Assembly (NCBI GenBank): GCA_032718475.1
Contig: JAUCBJ010007946.1
Coordinates: 1 to 64,000, forward strand
DNA length: 64,000 bases
Source: Nemertoderma westbladi
Lineage: Eukaryota; Animalia; Xenacoelomorpha
Direction of reading: 5' to 3'
Position numbers and translations under genes: made by a program. Each line of letters begins with the position of its first letter. Within the stretch, counting starts at the first letter, position 1. Positions 47,782 through 60,433 of the stretch are shown here, one piece after another. Below the pieces are notes generated by a model that searched no databases, had not been told where the DNA came from, and saw only the letters and a program-made list of their open reading frames with translations.

Positions 47782-47906
47782 AGCGATAACAAATTTTATT
47801 AAAATATCGCTTTTTTTTAAACGTGCACAATATCAACATTCGAAATATTTTAAATAGATATAATGTATATTGTAGCTCATTAACTCATTGTTCTACACTA
47901 TTCCAG

Positions 47907-48131
47907 GTGCCGTCAACCCATTCACTCGGAGCCAACAGAGACGGAGACCCACTAAATGCACTCTATTTTGCATCCGTTTCCGGAAACACGAGAAAAGCTT
48001 CCGGTTCTTCCTGAAACATGTTATTAAATCCCAGGCATTCTATTGGACTATTATTGTCCTTGTCTTTCTCAATACGATATTTGTCGCAATAGAACATTAC
48101 GACCAACCAGAGTGGTTGACAAAATTCCTAG
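47907..48131 (+). CDS. Cav2: Cav2 exon 10 (IIS1)
   Basis: [47 protein letters not shown]. Confidence 0.94.
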
Positions 48132-49523
48132 GTATGTGTTTCAATGGTTTCGATAATACCTAATTCCCTTTAGTGTTGAAGTAGCCCATTAGTGAAAATG
48201 TTTAAATAAATATTTTCATATTACCATTTGTACCTGTATCATGTATTCTAATTGAATAGACATTACTACCCATTTATCGACCAATCAATGATGAAAGCTT
48301 TAGTTAGGCTAGGCTGGAGTATTTATTGTGCTGTGCCCAACAGTGCTGCCACATGTAGGGATCGAACAAGGGCCTCGTGATTGGATACCCAGAAATCTTT
48401 AAACCAAGCTGCTGCTTCCCTTATCCCTGATTTAGCGAGCGATGTTGACATTATTTTCTCTCGGGCCTTTATTTGCCTCTCTTAAATAAGTTATTTATTT
48501 AATATGCAATAAAAGATGGCTAATTTGTTTATTACGTTGGAAAAAAGTCGCGTTTTTTTAATGGCTACCGCGAGATTTATGATTTGAAAACAAGTGCGAG
48601 CGTAGCGAACAAGGAGTGATTCCATATTATATAATCCCTTACCGATAATGATCCAACAGAAACCTGAATTCTAGAACGCCGCCAAGGGGTGACAAACAAC
48701 TCGGCATGACGAAACAAGGAGAGGAAGTAACGTAATTTAGAACTATTGCATATTACTATTACGTCATATACTATTACGTCATATACTATTACATATGGTA
48801 GAAATTACATGAAAGAATAATTCCCATATCACCAAATAGTAACTGAACCCATATGTTATATGATGTAAACTTTCCACAGCGAACGATAACTAACAAAATT
48901 AATTCTACATCAAAGGGTTTCTTATGAGACATTATCGAAATGTTTTCATATAATAAGAAATGTTATTCATCTTCATACGACCTAAATGGGCGGCGGGAAA
49001 TAAAGCTAATTAAACATGTAGGCCTAATAAACATTATTCATTCTTTTTCATTATAACTCTTATTCGTAATCATCAGTAAATAACTTGCATGGCTCCTTCT
49101 AATTATCGTCCAATAACTTCACATAATTTATGAGACCCTACAGACTTTATATAAATTTTATTGGTTTAAGTTTTCAAAGTTCTGTAATGATTAATTTTCT
49201 TCCAACAATAATTATTCATAAATACAATAATTGATTCTAGATTCATACTATACTTATATATTCATACTATACTTATCAATATGGAACGTGCACTAAATAA
49301 TTGTTTGTGAAAAAATGTTGTACATGAATCTCCAACGATATCCCCCTTATATCGTGTTAAAATCCTAACAGATTTGCACCAGGTGAAAGAACTTATACAG
49401 ATATAACTAGGGACAAGTAAAGTATGTTGATCTCGGAAAGCGCAATATATTAAAATATATTAATAAGTTTTGTTTTTTCAATTCTAGCGAATGTTAATGA
49501 TGTATTACTTTTTATCATTATAG

Positions 49524-49636
49524 AAGTCACAGAATTCGTTTTCTTGGGTCTATTTATATCTGAGATTTTACTGAAACTTTATGCCCTTCGACCCAAATTC
49601 TACTTCAGGAGTAACTTCAACATATTCGACTGTGTG
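49524..49636 (+). CDS. Cav2: Cav2 exon 11 (IIS2)
   Basis: [36 protein letters not shown]. Confidence 0.94.
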
Positions 49637-49811
49637 GTAAGTTTCTTTATGCGACTTACTACATTACTTCCAGTTTATTGTTAGAATTTGAATTATCAAT
49701 TTAATTGTAAAATTATAATTTGACCCATAACTGTATTTTTATTTTTTTCTTTATTTTCATATTATTATTTTTCAAGGTGTAAGTTACATTCTCATATTGT
49801 ATTACTTTTAG

Positions 49812-49921
49812 GTTATCATTGGAAGTGTAATTGACATGATAATGTACAACGTTAATGGCACTCGCATAGGAATTCGGGTACTGAGGGCGCTGAGATTGCT
49901 ACGAATATTCAAAGTCACCAA
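49812..49921 (+). CDS. Cav2: Cav2 exon 12 (IIS3-S4)
   Basis: VIIGSVID...GIRVLRALRLLRIFKVT. Confidence 0.93.
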
Positions 49922-50054
49922 GTGCGTTACATACTTCCGTAATATAAAAGGAAATATTGTGAACAATAACGTCACAACACAACGCATAACACTATGTAAT
50001 AACGGGGATTTTTTGTTACTTTTATTTTAACATTTTATTCTAATTTGTTTATAG

Positions 50055-50186
50055 GTATTGGAAATCGTTAAGGAATTTAGTCGTCTCGTTGCTCAACTCA
50101 ATACGCGCTATATTATCTCTGCTGTTTCTTCTCTTTCTTTTCATCGTAATATTCGCTCTACTGGGGATGCAGATATTTGGAGGGAG
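50055..50186 (+). CDS. Cav2: Cav2 exon 13 (IIS5)
   Basis: [43 protein letters not shown]. Confidence 0.94.
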
Positions 50187-53100
50187 GTTGGTTTCATTAT
50201 ATTTGGAGGGAGGTTGGTTTCATTATATTTGGAGGGAGGTTGGTTTCATTATATTTGGAGGGAGGTTGGTTTCATTATATTTGGAGGGAGGTTGGTTTCA
50301 TTATATTTGGAGGGAGGTTGGTTTCATTATATTTGGAGGGAGGTTGGTTTCATTATATTTGGAGGGAGGTTGGTTTCATTATATTTGGAGGGAGGTTGGT
50401 TTCATTATATTTGGAGGGAGGTTGGTTTCATTATATTGGGAGGGAGGTTGGTTTCATTATATTGGGAGGGAGGTTGGTTTCATTATATTTGGAGGGAGGT
50501 TGGTTTCATTGTATTTGGAGGGAGGTTGGTTTCATTATATTGGGAGGGAGGTTGGTTTCATTATATTGGGAGGGGGGTTGGTTTCATTATATTTGGAGGG
50601 AGGTTGGTTTCATTATATTTGGAGGGAGGTTGGTTTCATTATATTGGGAGGGAGGTTGGTTTCATTATATTTGGAGGGAGGTTGGTTTCATTATATTTGG
50701 AGGGAGGTTGGTTTCATTATATTTGGAGGGAGGTTGGTTTCATTATATTGGGAGGGAGGTTGGTTTCATTATATTTGGAGGGAGGTTGGTTTCATTATAT
50801 TGGGAGGGAGGTTGGTTTCATTATATTTGGAGGGAGGTTGGTTTCATTATATTTGGAGGGAGGTTGGTTTCATTATATTTGGAGGGAGGTTGGTTTCATT
50901 ATATTTGGAGGGAGGTTGGTTTCATTATATTTGGAGGGAGGTTGGTTTCATTATATTGGGAGGGAGGTTGGTTTCATTATATTGGGAGGGAGGTTGGTTT
51001 CATTATATTGGGAGGGAGGTTGGTTTCATTATATTGGGAGGGAGGTTGGTTTCATTATATTTGGAGGGAGGTTGGTTTCATTATATTGGGAGGGAGGTTG
51101 GTTTCATTATATTTGGAGGGAGGTTGGTTTCATTATATTTGGAGGGAGGTTGGTTTCATTATATTTGGAGGGAGGTTGGTTTCATTATATTTGGAGGGAG
51201 GTTGGTTTCATTATATTGGGAGGGAGGTTGGTTTCATTATATTGGGAGGGAGGTTGGTTTCATTATATTGGGAGGGAGGTTGGTTTCATTATATTGGGAG
51301 GGAGGTTGGTTTCATTATATTTGGAGGGAGGTTGGTTTCATTATATTTGGAGGGAGGTTGGTTTCATTATATTGGGAGGGAGGTTGGTTTCATTATATTT
51401 GGAGGGAGGTTGGTTTCATTATATTGGGAGGGAGGTTGGTTTCATTATATTTGGAGGGAGGTTGGTTTCATTATATTTGGAGGGAGGTTGGTTTCATTAT
51501 ATTGGGAGGGAGGTTGGTTTCATTATATTGGGAGGGAGGTTGGTTTCATTATATTTGGAAGGGGGTTGGTTTCATTATATTTGGAGGGAGGTTGGTTTCA
51601 TTATATTTGGAGGGAGGTTGGTTTCATTATATTTGGAGGGAGGTTGGTTTCATTATATTGGGAGGGAGGTTGGTTTCATTATATTTGGAGGGAGGTTGGT
51701 TTCATTATATTTGGAGGGAGGTTGGTTTCATTGTATTTGGAGGGAGGTTGGTTTCATTGTATTTGGAGGGAGGTTGGTTTCATTATATTTGGAGGGAGGT
51801 TGGTTTCATTATATTTGGAGGGAGGTTGGTTTCATTATATTTGGAGGGAGGTTGGTTTCATTATATTTGGAGGGAGGTTGGTTTCATTATATTTGGAGGG
51901 AGGTTGGTTTCATTATATTTGGAGGGAGGTTGGTTTCATTATATTGGGAGGGAGGTTGGTTTCATTATATTTGGAGGGAGGTTGGTTTCATTATATTTGG
52001 AGGGAGGTTGGTTTCATTATATTTGGAGGGAGGTTGGTTTCATTATATTTGGAGGGAGGTTGGTTTCATTATATTTGGAGGGAGGTTGGTTTCATTATAT
52101 TTGGAGGGAGGTTGGTTTCATTATATTTGGAGGGAGGTTGGTTTCATTATATTTGGAGGGAGGTTGGTTTCATTATATTTGGAGGGAGGTTGGTTTCATT
52201 ATATTTGGAGGGAGGTTGGTTTCATTATATTTGGAGGGAGGTTGGTTTCATTATATTTGGAGGGAGGTTGGTTTCATTATATTTGGAGGGAGGTTGGTTT
52301 CATTATATTTGGAGGGAGGTTGGTTTCATTATATTTGGAGGGAGGTTGGTTTCATTATATTTGGAGGGAGGTTGGTTTCATTATATTTGGAGGGAGGTTG
52401 GTTTCATTATATTTGGAGGGAGGTTGGTTTCATTATATTTGGAGGGAGGTTGGTTTCATTATATTTGGAGGGAGGTTGGTTTCATTATATTTGGAGGGAG
52501 GTTGGTTTCATTATATTTGGAGGGAGGTTGGTTTCATTATATTTGGAGGGAGGTTGGTTTCATTATATTTGGAGGGAGGTTGGTTTCATTATATTTGGAG
52601 GGAGGTTGGTTTCATTATATTTGGAGGGAGGTTGGTTTGTGAGCGGATTCAATTCCGCCGCATTACCCTCACAAAGTTGGGAAGTGGCACCTTTTCAGCA
52701 ATATTGGAGATACGAGATTGGCAATAACCAATCTCGTATCACAACCAACACCGGGGACAACACAACCCCAAAGCCACACACAAAGGGAGGTTAGAGGTCA
52801 AATCACCTCGGGAGAGGGAACAACCAGCAGGGGCCAACAGCAGGGGGGAAACACTCACAGAGAGGGGAGAGGCGTGAAGTAGATTATCAGCCAATAGGGG
52901 CGAGGGAGAGCATCCACTGGGTGAAAGGCCACAGCAGTGTAGGAGTAATAATCACATATATATTATGTTGCATTCAATTACCGGTTCAGTTATTTCAGTC
53001 ATCAGCTTGAGTGCAGACCGGTGACATCCTTCACCGTCACCGTCACCAATATATCCACACCTACCGGTATACAATACTGTTATTTTACTGCCATCAACTG

Positions 53101-53270
53101 TGCTATCATTCATTATCCGTTTATTGATATTAATTACCGAGCATCAAAGAGATAACAACGAACTCTTATTTTTCCCATTCTCAATACCACGGTGACGCGT
53201 AGTCTGATTAACCGGTCGGGATCCCTTGATCCCGTCACATGGTTTCATTATATTTGGAGGGAGGTTGGTT
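50173..53270 (+). repeat. 26-bp tandem repeat of the exon 13 end plus donor, ~96 copies, interrupted near its end by a solo LTR
   Basis: Unit ATATTTGGAGGGAG|GTTGGTTTCATT (14 exon nt + 12 intron nt). Confidence 0.97.
52638..53239. mobile_element. Solo LTR (602 bp) with 5-bp TSD TGGTT
   Basis: Termini TGTGAGCGG...CCGTCACA; TGGTT at 52633-52637 and 53240-53244. Confidence 0.88.
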
Positions 53271-54026
53271 GGGAAGATGTGCGGTACATAGAATTGGAGC
53301 GCATCCCAGATGTTTTTGTGCCTGTATCTGCAGATAGTTGATTATTAGTATTTAACTACCCCAACTGTGTTAACAGATGAAGCCAATTCGGCCGCCCATA
53401 AACAATTAATTATTAGTCGGCTTCAATGTAATTTTTCGAACATTCAAGGAGATTATGTAAATCTCCATCATATTACTCCAATGCTAAGTTTCCATTCTTT
53501 CCATTGATAAGAAAATGAAAAATTTGTTGATGTTGACCAATGAGAAGAAAGAGTGAAATAGACAGACATAGAGATATATAGATAGGTAGTTATATACATA
53601 CATATACCCCCATGATATACATATTTTCGATATTTCATATACATAAATCATTTTGGGATCATGTTTCCCACATAACATGCTTGCTTTGAACGAACCTGCC
53701 AATTTACTCTTTCAATGTATACCAATTCAATTATTGTTCTAGGGTAGGGGTTACAAGCAAGGATCATCAGTCATTCCTGCAGGGTGAGGTTGGGTTTTGG
53801 CAATAAGATGTTACGGGTTGTGCAAGTTAGGCCTAATTTGTTAAATGAACATGTATCTAATGTAATATGTACCCTGCGTGGCTACCTGGTGTAAATACTG
53901 TCAATCAAGCGATCTGATACAATATTCATAGCTTGACAACTGAGAAAAAAAATTAGCATTATAGTATACCTTTAAGTATAGGTTTTCGTTATATAATAAT
54001 GTAATTGTATATGGTAAATTTTTTAG

Positions 54027-54217
54027 GTTTAACTTTCCCGGCGGAAAACCCTCCGCTAACTTTGATACTTGGTCAATAGCAATGCTAACAGTCTTCCAGA
54101 TTCTCACTGGTGAGGATTGGAACGCTGTGATGTACAACGGAATATACAGTCTGTCTAGTGGGGGGAAGGCCTGGAGCATGCTTGCTTCTGTGTACTTCAT
54201 TCTTCTATGCCTGATAG
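54027..54217 (+). CDS. Cav2: Cav2 exon 14 (domain II pore, start of IIS6)
   Basis: [39 protein letters not shown]...YFILLCLI. Confidence 0.95.
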
Positions 54218-54481
54218 GTGAGTAAGCGCAGCTCTCCGTTTAGTATAAACGTCACTTTTGAACTTCTCCATCCGTCAGTCTGTTGGCCGTCCCACCAGAT
54301 GAGTACGAGGATGGCATCGATATAAAGCTTTGGTGGTGGGTTGTTATTTGTTCTGTTGGTAATTTGTTAATTATAATTTATACCCAGGAACTGGTGAAAA
54401 ATGACTAGTGCAATTCAATTAGTTAAATTACTAAATATATGTATTTATTCATTATATAATATTTATTAATGTGTTTTGCAG

Positions 54482-54603
54482 GAAATTACACGTTATTAAA
54501 CGTATTTTTGGCCATCGCTGTCGATAACTTAGCTAGCGCACAGCAACTTACGAAGGCAGAGGAAAGAGAAGAATTGGAAAAACAACTTAAAAACAATATT
54601 CAG
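54482..54603 (+). CDS. Cav2: Cav2 exon 15 (end of IIS6)
   Basis: [31 protein letters not shown]. Confidence 0.92.
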
Positions 54604-55084
54604 GTTCAGTTCACCTTATCTATAAACCTTGACCTACCGTACATCCTGCTGCTCTTGTTCATTTGCTTGGACATCCCATTTGACTCCCAGACTGTTTAAG
54701 TGTAGTACAATGCTGCCGGCCTTACTGCCTGAATAAAAGGGGGGGGGGGGGGGGGGGGGGGGGGGTCCGGTGGAGTACAGTTCTACCGGTTTATGGTCAA
54801 CACTTCGAAAGACCATGTCAACACTTCGAAAAGGATTTGATGTGGTTAGGGTAGGTTATAGAATTAGTATATGGCAGTAAGAATATAAGGACAACTTATT
54901 ATATAAGTTTCTTAGTAATAAGGAATAATATTGCGAAATATATGAATTACTTTGGTACTATCATTTCATATAATAGATTTTCGTTACCGGTGAAGAAACT
55001 GCTTGATTTGTTTCTGCCCTAAATCGTTGAACTCTGCCATCTCAGCCTGTTGACGTGTATCCCGAATTAATTAAACGCCACTAA

Positions 55085-56250
55085 TTGAATGCCACCCCAA
55101 ATCAGATGATTTAACACCAAAATAAATTATTTTGCACCAAATATATATTTTTTTGTAGCACCAATTCGCATCCCCCAAATTTGAATATCCTTCTCACCAA
55201 AAACAATTATTCGTCCCCCAAAAACAATTATTCATCCCCCAAAAACAATTATTGATTCCCCAAAAACAATTATTCATCCCCCAAAAATAATTACTTGTCA
55301 ACCTAAAAAAATTATTCCAGCACCAAATATTTTATATTAACTACGCTTTGGTCAGTTGCCATGCTTCAGTTACAGTATTCGTATCGATAGGCCTATTGCC
55401 TATCTATTATTGCCTATGGCGTATTACTTATTCTGTTATTAGGTTTCAGTATTACGGCAGTACTGAAGTTTTCAGATAGGGGGGGAAACTGGACGCAAAA
55501 AAAATTCATCCTTCTCCAGAGGAAATTCGACGCAAGTAACAGCTGATTCTTCTCAAAAATAAAACTGTAACCTGTTCTATTGTGTTTAGTTTATTGTTAA
55601 AATAACGTGCCACTGTAACCTGCTCCTTTCCCTAAATTGAGAATTTAACATTGAGGCGGGATATTAATTCGCCAAGGCGGGTTTTGCGTCCAATTTCCCC
55701 TCCTGTCTCGAAGTTTATATCTAAATTCCAGTATTTATTTTGGGGGATTATGTATTTATTTTGGGCAAAAATGTATTTGTTTTGGGGGAAAATGTATTTT
55801 TATTTTGGGGGATAATGTATTTGTTTTGGGGGGGAATGTATTTGTTTTGGGCGAAAATGTATTTGTTTTGGGGGAAAATGTATTCGTTTTGGGGGAAAAT
55901 GTATTTGTTTTGGTTGAAAATCTATTTGTTTTGGGGGAAAATGTATTTATTTTGGGCGAAAATATATTTGTTTTGGGAAAATTTTTAATTATTTGGGGGA
56001 TTTGTCATTTATTTTGGTGCTAATAATTGGTTTTGGGGAGCATTTATTTATTTTGGTATTGAATAATTTGTTTTTGGTGTTGAAAAATTTGTTTTGGTGT
56101 TTGAATAATTTATTTGGGGTGACTTTATTTTACAATCATTATTTGTCACATTATTTAATTTGGTGGCATATTCGGTTTACACCGAATGGGGGTGTATATA
56201 ATAATATTTATTCATTATTTAATTTGGTGTAAAATAATTTTTTTGGTGAT
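55085..56250. mobile_element. Foldback-like element with inverted subrepeat arms and an inner ~240-bp TIR segment (55470-55712)
   Basis: CCCCAAAAACAATTATT repeats on the left versus ATTTGTTTTGGGGGAAAATGT repeats on the right; inner TIR GGGGAAACTGGACGCAAAA / TTTTGCGTCCAATTTCCCC. Confidence 0.55.
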
Positions 56251-57599
56251 ATTCTCATCAATTTTGAGATAACTTTAATTGGTAGCCTTAATTAAATTGT
56301 AACTAAAATAAATACGAAATTTTGTTTTCGTTTTTATTATTATTTCATTATTATTTTTATGTGGTAACAGTGGCACTAAATTATTTTCGAAGTGTTGACT
56401 ATTTCGAAGAGTTGACGCGGAATCATGCTGCCTACAAGCTACTGATTGCTGTATGATGCCTGCCTGTATTATTTTGTAATGTAAGCTGGCTTTGCTTGGT
56501 GTAACCCCGAGTTTCAAAATATTACCCAATCTAATATAGCACAATATGTAAATAAATAACAAACAACATTAACTCACTATCTATAAATGCCTTTCTAATG
56601 TAAATTTGGTATGTAATTTTTTCTTACAAAGTTGTTACATCAGTAACAACTAAGAAAGTCTACACGTATGAATTTTTAACATTATGAATTGCTTCTATGA
56701 TAGTGGAGATCAATTATTCATTAACTTACCTTGAATAACATGAAGTTAAACTGTTAACAGACATGACGTATTTTAGCACGTTAAAACATATATATATTCT
56801 CATTTTTGGAAATATATGTTAAATGTTTATGATCAATATGACATCATTGGCAATAATAATTATTTATTACTTGGGAAAAAAGAGTACAACTTTTTTTTCA
56901 TTATTCTTGAGGCATTTTATTTACCGAGCGCCTGGGAGGTTAATAAATGGTCGAGAGAATATTGAAAAAATAATATTCTGCGTTTTTTTATTTTTTAAAC
57001 TTTTTTAAATTTTTAAATTTTAATTTTTAAATTTTTAAACGTAATTTTATTCTTAAATTGGTACTATTTTGTTGCTCAATTCTTTAATAAAAGATAGTGC
57101 AAATATTTATTACGAAAACTAAAAGAGCCGCTTAACTACACAAACCAATATTGGATATTGAGTTCCGTTTTGAAGTACGCTTTGCAGACACTAAAATTGC
57201 AATAAATTCTGAGTGTGTGAAGGGATTTTGCTTAAATTACGTGGAAACCTTTTCTACTTCGATGCTCTTTAAACACATGCAATATAATTCAAGAGATTCC
57301 ACCAAAAATATTTTAACTTACTTTTTTCGCCGGGAAAAATCCAATTGATAACTTTTTTTATCTTGGGAAAAAGTACTTTTTCTCCCGATTTGATGTATAT
57401 TCGAGCGAAAAAGTAACAATTTAAGATTAAAATTACTATTTTTAATATTCTATTAATTAATAATTTGGAAGGGTTTACTGTGGAAGATCACCCATGGTGG
57501 TGAACAGGCATTCCTTGGCTTAACGAGCCTAAAAGATTCTCCCATTCATTAATTTATTTTGCCCACTTGCGGACGTTATTGTTATATTTTACTTTATAG

Positions 57600-57958
57600 A
57601 ATGCCTCTCCAATTCCATCCAAGGCACCTAGTCCAAAATTTATACACCCAGAAAAGGTGAAGACCACCAATCAATTATCAGTGCCAGATGAGAAACCACA
57701 CGGGGTATTCAACGAAGCTTATCTCGACAACGAAGGTAGCCACCACCAACAACACAATCCCTCAGAGCCGTATAGCGTGTCTTTCAGACTGGACAATAAA
57801 TCATTGGAGGCTGATGGTGTGCCTACGACGCCCCCCAAGATAAGTAGACTGGACAAAATGAAAGGCATCACAGATGAAGATAACCCCGGTGATGACGACG
57901 ATGGCCCCGTACCTATACTCCCTTATACATCTCTATTTATTTTGAGCTCCACAAACAA
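57600..57958 (+). CDS. Cav2: Cav2 exon 16 (II-III linker)
   Basis: Ends DDGPVPILPYTSLFILSSTN; phase fits both neighbours. Confidence 0.88.
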
Positions 57959-58137
57959 GTAAGATGCATAGCAACATCTAAGCCGCAGTTGTTACTAGTT
58001 TTTTTTACAGTTATTGTATTATTTTTTACGACGATTAAACAACCTCGAAATGAGAACAGATGTCATGTTCGTTTACAGATGTTTGAGAGTGGTTGTTTGC
58101 GGGAATAATAATCGAACATTTTAATGCGACCACAGAA

Positions 58138-59203
58138 GATTTATATGATCACTGAGATTTTATATAATCACTGATATTTTATAGGATCACTGATATTTTA
58201 TAGGGATCACCGATATTTTATAGGATCACTGATATTTTATAGGATCACTGTTATTTTATAGGATCACTGATATTTTATAGGATCACTGATATTTTATAGG
58301 ATCACTGATATTTTATAGGATCACTGATATTTTATAGGATCACTTATATATTATAGGATCACTGATATTTTATAGGATCACTGATATTTTATAGGATCAC
58401 TGATATTTTATAGGATCACTGATATTTTATATGATCACTGATATTTTATAGGATCACTGATATTTTATAGGATCACTGATATTTTATAGGATCACTGATA
58501 TTTTATAGGATCACTGATATTTTATAGGATCACTGATATTTTATAGGATCACTGATATTTTATAGGATCACTGATATTTTATAGGATCACTGATATTTTA
58601 TAGGATCACTGATATTTTATAGGATCACTGATATTTTATAGGATCACTGATATTTTATAGGATCACTGATAATTTATAGGATCACTGATATTTTATAGGA
58701 TCACTGATATTTTATAGGATCACTGATATTTTATAGGATCACTGATAATTTATAGGATCACTGATATTTTATAGGATCACTGATATTTTATAGGATCACT
58801 GATATTTTATAGGATCACTGATATTTTATAGGATCACTGATATTTTATAGGATCACTGATATTTTATAGGATCACTTATATATTATAGGATCACTGATAT
58901 TTTATAGGATCACTTATATATTATAGGATCACTGATATTTTATAGGATCACTGATATTTTATAGGATCACTGATATTTTATAGGATCACTGATATTTTAT
59001 AGGATCACTGATATTTTATATGATCACTGATATTTTATAGGATCACTGATATTTTATAGGATCACTGATATTTTATAGGATCACTGATATTTTATAGGAT
59101 CACTGATATTTTATAGGATCACTGACATTTTATAGGTTCACTGATATTTTATAGGATCACTGATATTTTATAGGATCACTGATATTTTATAGGATTACTG
59201 ATA
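58138..59203 (+). repeat. 19-bp minisatellite CACTGATATTTTATAGGAT, ~56 copies, acceptor-like
   Basis: Direct periodicity; ends ~85 bp upstream of exon 17. Confidence 0.95.
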
Positions 59204-59286
59204 GTACGATGGTAAAATTAGTAACATTTCATACGATCATTAATATTTCATACCATTTTATTAATATTTTATGTGATTATTTGCAG

Positions 59287-59416
59287 GATTCGCATTGGAG
59301 CCCATTATATTGTAAATATGCGACACTTTGAGAACGTAATTCTTTCTCTTATAATTCTGAGCAGTATCTCATTGGCGTTGGAAAGTCCTATTTATGTTAA
59401 TGGTGATTTGAACAAT
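59287..59416 (+). CDS. Cav2: Cav2 exon 17 (IIIS1)
   Basis: IRIGAHYIVNMRHFENVILSLIILSSISLALESP. Confidence 0.93.
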
Positions 59417-59616
59417 GTGAGTGAAAAAAGTTCCTGCCTTATTTTGTAACTATATTGATGACTATTACTATTGTATTTACTATTTAAGTGATGAACGAAT
59501 TGAATTACTTCGTAAAATTTGAAAGGGCGAATATATATTTTTTAATTTATTCGCTAAAATTCACTATTATAATAAAACCGTTAAGATAGCTGTAAAAACA
59601 TTCATTATGTTTTTAG

Positions 59617-59676
59617 GTGATTCAAAAATTAGACTATGGTTTTACTGCTGTTTTCCTGATGGAGTTTTGTTTAAAG
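59617..59676 (+). CDS. Cav2: Cav2 exon 18 (IIIS2)
   Basis: VIQKLDYGFTAVFLMEFCLK. Confidence 0.92.
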
Positions 59677-59960
59677 GTAAGTAAATTTCAAGTGTGTAGT
59701 GGCGAATAGTAAGGGGGGGGGGGGGGGGGGACCAAAACAATCGACTTGTGTTAGAAATAGTGAAAGGAAACTAATTCCATTATTAAGCATTATTGTTGAA
59801 TCAGAAACATTTCGATCCGACCCAATTGTTAGAACTTGTCATTTCATTCATTTTATTGTCTAGTTCGGTAGGGTTTCGGTCAAGACAATATTGTTAAATA
59901 TAGACAATAATATTAAAGTTGTTGTTTACTTATTTTTGCTACATTATATTTCCCGTTCAG

Positions 59961-60070
59961 GTAACAGACTTGGGATTGGTTTTGCATCCTGGTGCTTATT
60001 TTCGTGACGGATGGAATATAATTGACGCGGTCGCTTGTATTTGCGCTACAATCAGTGTAATACTACAATT
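59961..60070 (+). CDS. Cav2: Cav2 exon 19 (IIIS3)
   Basis: VTDLGLVLHPGAYFRDGWNIIDAV. Confidence 0.93.
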
Positions 60071-60336
60071 GTAAGACTTTATTTCTATTGTAAAACATAT
60101 TTAATTGAAACAAAAATACATTTAATATTTAATACAACTGTCAATTTAAGATTGTTACCTAAGAAATAATGAGTTAAACAAAATGTAAGGTTGTTTTAAT
60201 TAATTATAAGTTGAGTTACAATAATGTAAGGTTGTTTCAAAAAGTAAAGCTTCAGTAATGTAATGATTGTTTCCATTAAATATAATGTTAAGCTACAATA
60301 ATGTAGGTTGTTACTAAATCTAATTTGTTTCCAAAG

Positions 60337-60433
60337 GACGGACGTTGGTGGTAGCGCAGGTGGAATTAGATCTTTGCGGGTTTTAAGAGTTCTTCGGCCA
60401 CTGAAAACGATTAAACGGGTTCCCAAACTAAAG
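60337..60433 (+). CDS. Cav2: Cav2 exon 20 (IIIS4)
   Basis: [23 protein letters not shown]. Confidence 0.94.

Larger units (their letters stand above)
30236..60433 (+). other. Cav2: Gene model: voltage-gated calcium channel alpha1 subunit, Cav2 (P/Q/N/R, cacophony/unc-2) type; 20 exons, 3'-partial
   Basis: Exon lengths sum to 3099 nt with consistent phase at every junction. Pore motifs TMEGW (I) and TGEDW (II); Cav2-type [45 protein letters not shown]. Confidence 0.95.

Noticed and set aside
50058-52794. 800-900-aa ORFs as a separate membrane protein
   Set aside because: Exon 13 read-through into the 26-bp array; the channel sequence resumes at 54027.
54738-54765. Poly-G tracts (also 59713-59730)
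   Set aside because: Simple homopolymers of unreliable length with no supporting context.
30236-60433. Assignment as Cav1, Cav3 or Nav
   Set aside because: Glu in pores I and II plus an AID exclude Nav and Cav3; LKLVSGIPS, QxxER and [11 protein letters not shown] favour Cav2 over Cav1.
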